Of a stretch of DNA of 32,000 nt, positions 1 through 8,054 are shown piece by piece. Below the pieces are notes generated by a model. That model was not told the DNA's origin. It was given only the letters and a program-made list of their open reading frames with translations, and searched no databases. The stretch covers positions 1,320,001-1,352,000 of the forward strand of contig OY759724.1 in the NCBI GenBank assembly GCA_963662715.1, written 5' to 3'. The position numbers and the translations under genes are program-made. Position 1 is the first letter of the stretch. Each line of letters opens with the position of its first letter. This DNA is from Candidatus Omnitrophota bacterium. Its GTDB lineage: Bacteria; Omnitrophota; Gorgyraeia; Zapsychrales; JANLHA01.

Positions 1-262
1 CAATAACGGAAATGATTTCGTTTTCATTAATAACGACTTCGATCGTATCGCAATATCCCCCCAAAGCCTCATCAATAGAATTATCAACAACTTCATAAAC
101 GAGATGATGAAGCCCCCTACTGAACGTATCTCCAATATACATGGCCGGCCGCATACGAACCGCTTCTGTCCCCTCAAGAACTTGAATATTCGTAGCGTCA
201 TAAGTCCCTTTTTCCTGCGGTTCTATGTTGCCTTTTTTATTTTGAGATGTCTTTTTATTCAT
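1..262 (-). CDS. gyrB: DNA gyrase subunit B, N-terminal fragment (runs off the window edge)
   Basis: My minus-strand translation from the ATG at 262-260 reads [80 protein letters not shown]. This is the canonical GyrB GHKL N-terminal block. It is absent from the ORF track because it is truncated. The start overlaps the stop of the upstream gene (ATGA at 262-259). Confidence 0.9.
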   Translation of the reverse strand, partial: MNKKTSQNKKGNIEPQEKGTYDATNIQVLEGTEAVRMRPAMYIGDTFSRGLHHLVYEVVDNSIDEALGGYCDTIEVVINENEIISVI

Positions 263-543
263 CTTTTCGATCCTATCTTAATAAATATCTTTCTAACCTC
301 GGGAAACTTCTCCTGCATTCTTCTCAAAATTTTCCCCTTTTGCAAATTCATCTGATAAAGCCACGCTGAAGAATCCACATGAACATACAGCGTTCCGTTT
401 TTCAAACCCGAAAGCCGGGCATGTTTTCTTTCTTTTGAATTTAATATTCTATCCCAGAATTCAAATAATTGTTGCTCATTTTTTAATTGTTGTCCGGAGA
501 GATCGCCAATAACGCTGTGAACAATATTTTTTATTTCATCCAT
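259..543 (-). CDS. DUF721 / DciA-like small protein
   Basis: The 94-aa ORF contains ...[51 protein letters not shown], which is the typical DUF721 pattern. It sits in the conserved dnaN-(recF)-DUF721-gyrB position. Confidence 0.7.
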   Translation of the reverse strand: MDEIKNIVHSVIGDLSGQQLKNEQQLFEFWDRILNSKERKHARLSGLKNGTLYVHVDSSAWLYQMNLQKGKILRRMQEKFPEVRKIFIKIGSKR

Positions 544-598
544 AATATCATAATTATATTCAGGACCAAGGATTCTTCCCTCTAAATTTCCCCAAGAA

Positions 599-1687
599 TC
601 AAATCCTCATAGGCAAGGCCAAATAAAGATAATCATCCATACGTATCACAGCGGCTTTATCTGGCCCCAACAATTCCAAATCTATGGTTGCGGCATCGAC
701 ATTTTTTAAAACATCCATCAAAAATTGCGGATTAAACCCAACGATCATCTCCTTACCGCTGTATTGAATGGAAACCTCTTCCCGGGATTCCCCTATATCC
801 GGCGTTATTTTAGAAATAACTATTTTATCTGTAAAAACTTCCAGCTTTATGGCCTGAAAATCCGGGGTTGAAAGTAAATTGGCTCTGCGAATAGCATAAA
901 GAAACTGCTGAGTATTTACTTTTATTTTTGTGGCTATCGGACCAGGAATCACTTGATGATAATTAGGAAAATCTCCTTCTATAATTCTGGTGGCTATGAG
1001 AATACCATTAATATCAAATAAAACCTGATTTGTTCCGCTCACGAAAGCCACTTCGCCTTCATCGTTTAAATTGCGGTAGATTTCCTGAATAGCTTTTAAG
1101 GGAATAATTACGGAAATATCTTTTTTGGTCGCAGATATTAATTTTTTTTCTATCTTTGCCAAACGTTTTCCGTCAGTCGCCACCATACGAATCTGATCTT
1201 CGGATATTTCCAAAAGAATACCATTTAAAATATATCTGGTCTCTTCGTGAGAAACAGCAAAAGATGTCATACGTATCATATCTTTAAGAACCGGCTGCTC
1301 TATTTTTATAATTTCCTTATCTTTGAATTCGGGAAATTTGGGGAATTCTTCTTTGGGTAAACCGATGAGCTTAAACCGGCACTTTTCTCCGTCTATATCG
1401 ACTTGATTGTTTTTCTTAACATGAATGGAAATATCCCCGGAAGGCAATTCTTTTATTATATCACTAAATCTTTTAGCCGGAATAGTTATTGCGCCTTCTT
1501 CAATCGTTTCCACAGGTATTCCACAAGATATACCGATATCTAGATCGGTGGTGTTCACTTTAATATCTTTTCCTCGGGTTTCTATAAGCATATTAGATAA
1601 TATAGGAAGTGTTGCTTTTGAAGAAACAATATTCTGTACTATTTGAATGCCTTCTAATAGTTTTTCTTTACTAACTTTGATCTTCAT
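599..1687 (-). CDS. dnaN: DNA polymerase III beta sliding clamp
   Basis: The ORF is 599..1699 with a three-domain clamp-like sequence (MKIKVSKEKLLEGIQIVQNIVSSKATLPILSNMLIE...LPMRI) directly downstream of dnaA. I prefer the ATG at 1687, which has AGGTGGGG 6 nt upstream. The GTG at 1699 lies inside that Shine-Dalgarno. Confidence 0.93.
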   Translation of the reverse strand: MKIKVSKEKLLEGIQIVQNIVSSKATLPILSNMLIETRGKDIKVNTTDLDIGISCGIPVETIEEGAITIPAKRFSDIIKELPSGDISIHVKKNNQVDIDGEKCRFKLIGLPKEEFPKFPEFKDKEIIKIEQPVLKDMIRMTSFAVSHEETRYILNGILLEISEDQIRMVATDGKRLAKIEKKLISATKKDISVIIPLKAIQEIYRNLNDEGEVAFVSGTNQVLFDINGILIATRIIEGDFPNYHQVIPGPIATKIKVNTQQFLYAIRRANLLSTPDFQAIKLEVFTDKIVISKITPDIGESREEVSIQYSGKEMIVGFNPQFLMDVLKNVDAATIDLELLGPDKAAVIRMDDYLYLALPMRI

Positions 1688-1849
1688 AGTTTTCCCCACC
1701 TTTTGCCTACTAAGGACTAATTAATTATTTTTAAAAGATAGTAATAGTAACAGTAATGCTTGTGTAAAATTTGAACAAGTTTAAAAGTTGTTGTAGTTTA
1801 TTAAGTTATGAGTTTTTGTTTTGTTGAAAAACATTTTAAAGAACTGTGA

Positions 1850-3241
1850 TTATTGTTTTAAAGTTGTTAATAATTTATCTATTTCATTTTTTAGTTGAGG
1901 ATCATCTTTTAAATTTTCTTCAATTTTTTTTAATGAATGTAACACTGTCGTATGATCTTTCCCACCGAAAGAATTTCCAATCTCCGGCAAAGAAAGATTT
2001 GTCAGCCTTCTGGATAAATACATGGCTACTTGTCTGGGTTTCAATATATTACGGCTTCGTCTTTTTGCTTTCAAATCATGGCAGGTTATGTTAAAAAAAT
2101 CGGCGACGGTTTTCTGAATCATTTCAACACTGATAATTTTTATAGTTTCTTTGACCATATCCTTTAAAATAACTTTTGCCATATCTAGTGTGATAGGGTG
2201 TTCTTCCAGCAAAGAATAGGCCAAAACACGGATAAGGGCCCCTTCCAATTCTCTGATATTTGTTTTGATCTGTTCGGCTATGAATGTGATGACTTCTTCC
2301 GGAACGTCGACGGGTTCTCTTTCTATTTTTTTCCGCAGAATAGCCACCCTGGTTTCAAAATCCGGAGGCTGAATATCCGTAATAAGTCCCCAGGCAAAAC
2401 GGGAACTGAGACGTTCTTCCAGGTTGGAAATTTCTTTAGGAGGCCTGTCGGAAGAGATGATGATCTGTTTATGATTGTTATGCAGGGTATTGAATGTGTG
2501 AAAAAATTCTTCCTGTGTAGATTCTTTTCCTGCCAGAAAGTGAATATCATCAATAAGCAAAACATCGATATTGCGATATTTTTTCCTGAAGTTCGATGTG
2601 GATCTGTGCCGGATGGCATCAATCAGTTCATTGGTAAACCGTTCGGATGAAATATAACAGCAGGTGCTGTTGGGAGAATATTGTTGAATTTGATGCGTGA
2701 TGGCTTGCATGAGATGGGTTTTTCCCAAACCGACCTGACCGTATATAAAGAGAGGATTATATGCCTTTGCGGGAGATTCTGCCACAGCCAAACAGGCAGA
2801 GTAGGCAAACCTGTTTGATGACCCGACGACAAAACTATCAAAAGAAAAACGGGGATTTAAATGGAAAGAACCGTCTTCCCTTTTTTCTTTTTTAAACGGC
2901 TCCCGTGTTTTTAATGGCGGTGATGTTTTTTTTTGCAATTCGGGATTAACGACAACATCAACCCGTATGTGCTGTTGTGTCTGGGCTAAGATCAACGTTT
3001 TTATGTTTGGCAGGTAATGTTCTATGAACCAATTTTTAAAAAATTCATCGGGTGTTTGAATTGTTATCGTGTCGGCAGAATTTTCCAGAATTTGAATAGA
3101 GGAAAACCACGTGTCGTAAGTCGAGTTTCCGAGTTGTTGTCGTAATGGTGTTTGAATTGTATCCCAAAGATGCAACAGGTTCATAGTAGGCTTGAATGTT
3201 TTTATAAAAGTTGCGGAATAGGATATTGTTACCTTTTCCAC
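1850..3241 (-). CDS. dnaA: Chromosomal replication initiator DnaA
   Basis: AAA+ Walker A (GQVGLGKTHL), Walker B (VLLIDDIHFL) and the C-terminal DNA-binding helix (GGKDHTTVLHSLKKI) are present. The track starts at GTG 3241. The ATG at 3184 (MNLLHLWDTIQ...) is an equally plausible start, because a DnaA box overlaps the GTG. Confidence 0.95.
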   Translation of the reverse strand: MEKVTISYSATFIKTFKPTMNLLHLWDTIQTPLRQQLGNSTYDTWFSSIQILENSADTITIQTPDEFFKNWFIEHYLPNIKTLILAQTQQHIRVDVVVNPELQKKTSPPLKTREPFKKEKREDGSFHLNPRFSFDSFVVGSSNRFAYSACLAVAESPAKAYNPLFIYGQVGLGKTHLMQAITHQIQQYSPNSTCCYISSERFTNELIDAIRHRSTSNFRKKYRNIDVLLIDDIHFLAGKESTQEEFFHTFNTLHNNHKQIIISSDRPPKEISNLEERLSSRFAWGLITDIQPPDFETRVAILRKKIEREPVDVPEEVITFIAEQIKTNIRELEGALIRVLAYSLLEEHPITLDMAKVILKDMVKETIKIISVEMIQKTVADFFNITCHDLKAKRRSRNILKPRQVAMYLSRRLTNLSLPEIGNSFGGKDHTTVLHSLKKIEENLKDDPQLKNEIDKLLTTLKQ

Positions 3242-3242
3242 A
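3234..3242 (+). promoter_or_regulatory. DnaA-box-like 9-mer TTTTCCACA
   Basis: One mismatch to TTATCCACA. It lies at the 5' edge of dnaA and is identical to the 9-mer at 3309-3317. Confidence 0.5.
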
Positions 3243-3297
3243 AAATATTATTTACGTTAATGGTTGAAATAAAAAAGGTTGAGTAATGAAATTAAGA

Positions 3298-3328
3298 TAA
3301 TTCACAGGTTTTCCACAGGTGTGAATAA
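3298..3328. promoter_or_regulatory. Cluster of three DnaA-box-like 9-mers
   Basis: TAATTCACA (3298-3306) and TTTTCCACA (3309-3317) are direct. TGTGAATAA (3320-3328) is the reverse complement of TTATTCACA, a perfect fit to TTATNCACA. All three fall within 31 bp. Confidence 0.6.
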
Positions 3329-3624
3329 TTTAGAAAATTTTATGATTGAAATTTGAAAGTAGATGTTATTTTGACTTATTATTTATTTCTTGTAAAAAAC
3401 TTTTTATCGGTAAAGTTCATATATTATAGCAAACAAAATAATGAATGCAACTTTTAATTGAAGCGAAGCTTCATGAAGCACAAAAATTTATGCTCCAGAT
3501 AGAATAAATCAAATAATATATATCTGAGAATATATAATTCCTATCATTTCTCCTCGAGTAATAAAAAATTAATATAACTTTATTAATTTGATGAATTTTT
3601 GCGCCTAATTTAATATTAAAAAAC

Positions 3625-3652
3625 TTGACTAAGCTAAAGCCTATGCTATAAT
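3625..3652 (+). promoter_or_regulatory. Sigma-70-type promoter for rpmH
   Basis: TTGACT (3625-3630), a 16-nt spacer, then TATAAT (3647-3652). The ATG at 3662 is only 9 nt past the -10 box and has no Shine-Dalgarno, which implies a nearly leaderless mRNA. Confidence 0.6.
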
Positions 3653-3661
3653 TGTCCAACT

Positions 3662-3799
3662 ATGAAAAAGGGACTCACAACTCCTACAATTTTAAAAGGA
3701 AAAAGAAAGCACGGCTTCCGAAAAAGGATGTCAACAGCCGACGGACAAGAGATTATTCGTAGACGTCGCGCAAAAGGACGCGTACGCCTCACAAAGTAG
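3662..3799 (+). CDS. rpmH: 50S ribosomal protein L34
   Basis: My translation gives [45 protein letters not shown] (45 aa), with TAG at 3797-3799. This matches the L34 pattern (..KR..HGFR.RM.T..G..v..RRRaKGRkrL). It is below the ORF-track size cutoff. Confidence 0.92.
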   Translation: MKKGLTTPTILKGKRKHGFRKRMSTADGQEIIRRRRAKGRVRLTK

Positions 3800-3892
3800 T
3801 TTTTTGTCATTATAAAGTAATCACTCCAAGGAATCTCTGATTTTCTGGTTGTGAGTCGGTTGTCGGGTTTCCTTGGTGGGGCATTTTTTCAA

Positions 3893-4102
3893 ATGATCAG
3901 ATTATTATCAATATTGATAAAATCTTATCAAAAGGTAAGCCGTATTTTTTTCTCTCACACTTGCCGGTTTTACCCTTCGTGTTCTAATTATGCTCTCGAA
4001 GCAATTCAACGATACGGACCTTATCGGGGAACAATTTTGGCTTTTAAGAGGATATTACGTTGTTCGCCTTTTTCCAAGGGCGGATATGATCCTGTAAGGT
4101 AA
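3893..4102 (+). CDS. yidD: Membrane protein insertion efficiency factor YidD
   Basis: Contains ...LIKSYQKVSRIFFSHTCRFYPSCSNYALEAIQRYGPYRGTILAFKRILRCSPFSKGGYDPV, the YidD signature. The track ORF begins at GTG 3851. The ATG at 3893 gives the usual ~69-aa length and has GGTGGGG upstream. Confidence 0.88.
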   Translation: MIRLLSILIKSYQKVSRIFFSHTCRFYPSCSNYALEAIQRYGPYRGTILAFKRILRCSPFSKGGYDPVR

Positions 4103-4106
4103 TTCT

Positions 4107-5705
4107 ATGGAAAAAAGACTCCTTCTGGCATTTATCCTATCTTTTTTTGTTTTAAGTGTTTGGACAAAAATAAACCCACCGCCGCAGCCGATGAAGCAAA
4201 GAACGGCAGAAAACATACAAGTATCTGAAAATAATATTGTTAAAGAAAATTTATTTGAGGATCACCAGCAAAAGCAGCCTCCCAAAACTGAATCGCAAGC
4301 CCTTCCTTCTCCTGTTGAAAAAATTAATATTTTAGATAATGGGAAATTAGAGGTTGTTTTTTCTAATATTGGAGGCACTATTAAATCGATAAGAATACGA
4401 GATTATGACATTTCCTTGCCGTTAACGGATTTTAATAAGCTGAATTTTGATAATAGTTTAGCTTATAATATATTAAATATTTCTGATTCATATATTAGTT
4501 ATTCTTTAGAAATTGACGGAAGAAAAATAATTAAGAAATATACATTAGAGCCGAGTGAATATCTAATTAATAATAGTATTAATATTATTGATAAAAAAAT
4601 GTCCAAAGGAGAGGATGGTTTTATTCGTGGGTTTAGTTTGGACATTTCTAGATTGGACAAAGATATACAAAAATCAAGGGAAAAGACATTGTTGGAATAT
4701 TCCATTGCCACAGAAAATAATACTATAAGAAAAGCTAATGCATATAAATTGGGGCAGAAAGATATTCTTGAGTCCGGGGATAAAATAAAATGGGTTGGTT
4801 TTAGAGATAGGTATTTTTGTGCTATCTATAAGCCATTATTTAAAAACACAGGATTTCATAACAAAATAAATAATAAGAAATTAAATATTAATATAAATAA
4901 TAAATTAGAGTTAAACCCAAACCAACCAGTAAGTTTTAACTCTGTTTTATATTTTGGCCCGCAGGATTTGAAAATTTTGTCGTCATATCCTTATGATTTT
5001 AAAGAAATTATGAAATTTTCGAATTATAGCCTGTTAGATGGGATAGCAAAAATTGTTTATAAATTTTTACATTTACTTCATGGTATAATTCCTGTTTGGG
5101 GTATTTGTATAATTTTAATGGCAATAACAATTTATCTGGTGATGTATCCGTTGTCTATAAAAGGCATGAAATCTATGAAGAAAATTCAATCTTTGCAACC
5201 AGAAATTGCTCAAATAAGGGAAAGAAATAAAAATAATCCGCAAAAATTGCAAAAAGAAACAATGGAATTGTACAAAGAAAACAGCGTCAATCCTTTTGGG
5301 GGGTGTCTGCCATTATTTTTACAAATGCCTTTTTTTATTGGGGTTTATCAGGTCCTTTGGCGATCCGTGGCTTTTAAAAATTCTAAATTCTTGTGGATAA
5401 ACGACTTGTCACAACCAGACCACCTGTTGAAATTTCCCGCATCATTACCTTTTGTGGGAGAATATTTAAATATTTTGCCTATTTTAATGATTATTATCAT
5501 GATAATACAGCAGAAATTTTCTGCCAAAAATATGGTTGTAGCAGATCCTGCCCAAGAGGCTAGCCAGAAAATGATGATGTCGTTATTTCCTTTGATGATT
5601 GGTGTTGTGTTTTATAATATTGCAAGCGGCTTAGCTTTGTATTTTACGACTTTTTATTTGCTGTCAGGGTTTACTCAATGGAAAATTTCAAAAATGACAT
5701 TTTAA
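4107..5705 (+). CDS. yidC: Membrane protein insertase YidC
   Basis: 532 aa with an N-terminal TM segment, a large N/K/I-rich periplasmic domain and a conserved C-terminal Oxa1/YidC core (...MKKIQSLQPEIAQIRERNKNNPQKLQKETMELYKENSVNPFGGCLPLFLQMPFFIGVYQ...). Confidence 0.93.
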   Translation: MEKRLLLAFILSFFVLSVWTKINPPPQPMKQRTAENIQVSENNIVKENLFEDHQQKQPPKTESQALPSPVEKINILDNGKLEVVFSNIGGTIKSIRIRDYDISLPLTDFNKLNFDNSLAYNILNISDSYISYSLEIDGRKIIKKYTLEPSEYLINNSINIIDKKMSKGEDGFIRGFSLDISRLDKDIQKSREKTLLEYSIATENNTIRKANAYKLGQKDILESGDKIKWVGFRDRYFCAIYKPLFKNTGFHNKINNKKLNININNKLELNPNQPVSFNSVLYFGPQDLKILSSYPYDFKEIMKFSNYSLLDGIAKIVYKFLHLLHGIIPVWGICIILMAITIYLVMYPLSIKGMKSMKKIQSLQPEIAQIRERNKNNPQKLQKETMELYKENSVNPFGGCLPLFLQMPFFIGVYQVLWRSVAFKNSKFLWINDLSQPDHLLKFPASLPFVGEYLNILPILMIIIMIIQQKFSAKNMVVADPAQEASQKMMMSLFPLMIGVVFYNIASGLALYFTTFYLLSGFTQWKISKMTF

Positions 5706-5708
5706 AAA

Positions 5709-5891
5709 ATGAATAATTTTAAAAGCATAGAAGTTGAGGGAGCAACAGTTGAGGAAGCCATTAAGAAGGCTTTGGATATTCTTGAGGTTGGCCGAGAAGA
5801 TATTGTTGTCAAAATAGTCTGCGAAGAACAAAAAGGTCTTTTCGGGATGGAGGGAGCAAAGCCAGCCAAAATAAAAGTTACTTTAAAATAG
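5709..5891 (+). CDS. Jag_N-domain-only protein (N-terminal domain of Jag/KhpB, no KH or R3H)
   Basis: 60 aa: MNNFKSIEVEGATVEEAIKKALDILEVGREDIVVKIVCEEQKGLFGMEGAKPAKIKVTLK. This matches the Jag N-terminal domain and sits in the conserved post-yidC position. The ORF ends there, and no KH/R3H coding remnant follows. Confidence 0.7.
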   Translation: MNNFKSIEVEGATVEEAIKKALDILEVGREDIVVKIVCEEQKGLFGMEGAKPAKIKVTLK

Positions 5892-5933
5892 GTATAAAAA
5901 TTTAACACATAATTTTATGATAATATTGTTTTT

Positions 5934-5949
5934 ATTTTCACGTGAAAGC
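5934..5949. promoter_or_regulatory. parS-like site 1
   Basis: ATTTTCACGTGAAAGC has the perfect 12-bp palindromic core TTTCACGTGAAA of the consensus TGTTTCACGTGAAACA (12/16 overall). It lies just upstream of the parA -10 box. Confidence 0.7.
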
Positions 5950-5951
5950 GG

Positions 5952-5957
5952 TATAAT
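5952..5957 (+). promoter_or_regulatory. -10 box (TATAAT) of the probable parAB promoter
   Basis: A perfect TATAAT 49 nt upstream of the parA ATG. The -35 is weak. The box is flanked on both sides by parS-like sites. Confidence 0.45.
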
Positions 5958-5977
5958 ATTTTAAATTATTAATTGCT

Positions 5978-5993
5978 GTTTTCACGTGAAAAA
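5978..5993. promoter_or_regulatory. parS-like site 2
   Basis: GTTTTCACGTGAAAAA has the same 12-bp core TTTCACGTGAAA (13/16 to consensus). It lies 12 nt upstream of the parA start. Confidence 0.7.
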
Positions 5994-6005
5994 TAGAGAA
6001 AAAAT

Positions 6006-7049
6006 ATGGCAAAAATTATTTCCGTATGTAATCAAAAAGGCGGAACAGGAAAAACAACAACAAGTGTTAATATTGCGGCTGCGTTAGCATCTTATGGCGT
6101 TAAGGTTTTGCTGGTCGATATGGATCCTCAAGGAAACGCCACGAGCGGGGTGGGGGTTAACAAAAACACTTTAAAAGAGACTGTCTATGAGGCTTTGTTG
6201 GATAGAGCAAAACCAGATAAGACCATTCTTGAAGAAGTTCGTTTTAATTTGGATTTGATGCCATGTAATATTAATTTGACAGGAGCAGAAATAGAACTCG
6301 TTGGTGTTTTGTCTCGGGAAAGTCGTTTAAGAAAATCTTTGGAAAAAATTCAAGACAAATATGAATATATCTTTATTGACTCTCCACCGTCTTTAGGCTT
6401 ATTAACGCTCAACGCTTTGGTGGCCAGCCATTCTGTTTTGATTCCCATTCAATGTGAGTTTTATGCCTTGGAGGGGGTTTCTCAGTTACTGAATACAGTT
6501 AATTTAATCCGCGAAAACTTAAACCAAAATTTGGAGATAGAAGGGGTTGTTCTTACCATGGCGGATTTTAGAACGAATCTTACACATGAAGTTATAGATG
6601 AAATTAAGGGTTTTTTTGGAGAAAAAGTATATAAATCAGTTATCCCAAGAAATGTTAAGTTAAGCGAAGCGCCGAGTTTTGGTAAACCTATTATGGAATA
6701 TGATCCTCATTGTATTGGAGCTGAAAAATACAAAGAACTTTCTATTGAAATTTTAGGGGAATCTAAATATTATGAACTGACGGGGGAACCAAGACCAAAA
6801 TCCGAAGAAGAAATAAAAGAAGATGAAGTGAATTCTTCTCAGGAACAAAATTTAAATATGGACAGTGAAAACGTGGAGAACGGATGGCCAACTCTCAATG
6901 AAGTGAATGTCAACAGGGCACAAACTACAGATTTGAATGATCCTTTGGAAAATGATTCTAACAAAAAAGACTCTGTTCTTCCTGAATCAGATGAAGAATT
7001 AAAAGAAGGCGAACTTTTTAAAAGCAGCGATATCGAAAAAGAATATTAG
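6006..7049 (+). CDS. parA: Chromosome partitioning ATPase ParA/Soj with a long acidic C-terminal extension
   Basis: Deviant Walker A (CNQKGGTGKTTTSVNIAAALA), DMDPQGN and the rest of the Soj core are present to about residue 251. About 96 aa of an E/D/N/S-rich tail follow. Confidence 0.93.
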   Translation: MAKIISVCNQKGGTGKTTTSVNIAAALASYGVKVLLVDMDPQGNATSGVGVNKNTLKETVYEALLDRAKPDKTILEEVRFNLDLMPCNINLTGAEIELVGVLSRESRLRKSLEKIQDKYEYIFIDSPPSLGLLTLNALVASHSVLIPIQCEFYALEGVSQLLNTVNLIRENLNQNLEIEGVVLTMADFRTNLTHEVIDEIKGFFGEKVYKSVIPRNVKLSEAPSFGKPIMEYDPHCIGAEKYKELSIEILGESKYYELTGEPRPKSEEEIKEDEVNSSQEQNLNMDSENVENGWPTLNEVNVNRAQTTDLNDPLENDSNKKDSVLPESDEELKEGELFKSSDIEKEY

Positions 7050-7100
7050 AATATTATTAATGAGCCATGCTCCAACCCTTAGTTCAAGGAGCACTAAAAT

Positions 7101-7970
7101 ATGGACAAGAAAGTTTTAGGTAAAGGTTTGTCTGCCTTGATCCCCGAGAAAATACGCTCGACCGAGGATTCTGGAAGAAAAGAAGAAATTACATTTTTGA
7201 ATATTAATCTTATTAAAGACAACAGTCAACAGCCCAGAACCAATTATGACGATTTTTCGATGCAGGAACTGCAATCGTCATTAAAAGAAAAAGGGCTCTT
7301 GCAGCCTTTGTTGGTAAGAAAAATTGATAATGGTTATGAAGTTATTGCTGGAGAACGGAGATTAAGGGCGGCTAGGGCGATCAAGCTGGAAGAGGTGCCA
7401 GTTATCATTAGGAATGTTGAAAATGATGAAGCATTGGTTTTAGCTCTCATAGAGAATATTCAAAGAGAAGATTTAAATTCCATAGAGGCAGCTTTGGCTT
7501 ATAAAAGGTTGATAGATGAATATGAATTATCTTATGATCAAATTGCCCAGGCCGTGGGGAAAGATGCGTCCACGGTTAATAATACTTTGCGTTTATTAAA
7601 ACTTCCGGCAGAAATACAGGAAAAAGTTATTTCCGGAGAAATAAGCATGGGACACGCCAGAGCTCTTGTTGGCATAGAAGATTCTAAATGGCAGAGTGAA
7701 TTATTTAACCATGTTTTGACTAAAAAAATTTCTGTTAGAGAGCTTGAAAATTTAATAAGAAGTTCTTCTGGCTCCCAGGGGACCAAAAAAAAGAAAAAAG
7801 CGGAAACCAGAGATCATGAAATTCTTTATTTGGAAGATGAGCTGCAAAAATTGCTGGGAACTAAGGTTTCTATTCAGTCTCACAGGAAAAGGGGAAAGCT
7901 AATAGTAGAGTTTTATTCTGTTGATGATTTAGAGCGAATACTTCAAATTATTAGAAATAATTTAGGGTGA
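7101..7970 (+). CDS. parB: Chromosome partitioning protein ParB/Spo0J
   Basis: Contains LGKGLSALI, the ParB-box GERRLRAARA, an HTH region (YDQIAQAVGKDASTVNNTLRLLKLP) and a C-terminal dimerisation segment. Confidence 0.93.
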   Translation: MDKKVLGKGLSALIPEKIRSTEDSGRKEEITFLNINLIKDNSQQPRTNYDDFSMQELQSSLKEKGLLQPLLVRKIDNGYEVIAGERRLRAARAIKLEEVPVIIRNVENDEALVLALIENIQREDLNSIEAALAYKRLIDEYELSYDQIAQAVGKDASTVNNTLRLLKLPAEIQEKVISGEISMGHARALVGIEDSKWQSELFNHVLTKKISVRELENLIRSSSGSQGTKKKKKAETRDHEILYLEDELQKLLGTKVSIQSHRKRGKLIVEFYSVDDLERILQIIRNNLG

Positions 7971-8054
7971 TTTTCGTAACTGCCTGTTATTAAATGAGTT
8001 ATTGGTTTTGTTTTCATGCTGTATCCTAAAAGATAACGGGTTAAAGGAAAAGAT

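Larger units (their letters stand above)
3242..3661. other. Candidate oriC (dnaA-rpmH intergenic region)
   Basis: This is a 420-bp non-coding, very AT-rich gap. It carries the DnaA-box cluster and long A/T tracts at 3330-3620. It is the exact point where gene orientation switches from all-minus on the left to all-plus on the right for the remaining 28 kb. Confidence 0.6.

Noticed and set aside
104-355. 83-aa plus-strand ORF at the left edge
   Set aside because: It is antisense to the clear gyrB N-terminus and to the DUF721 gene.
3471-3659. 62-aa minus-strand ORF inside the dnaA-rpmH gap
   Set aside because: It lies in the extremely AT-rich putative oriC, is a low-complexity I/N/Y/F-rich translation, has no SD and overlaps the rpmH promoter. 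It is most likely a chance ORF.
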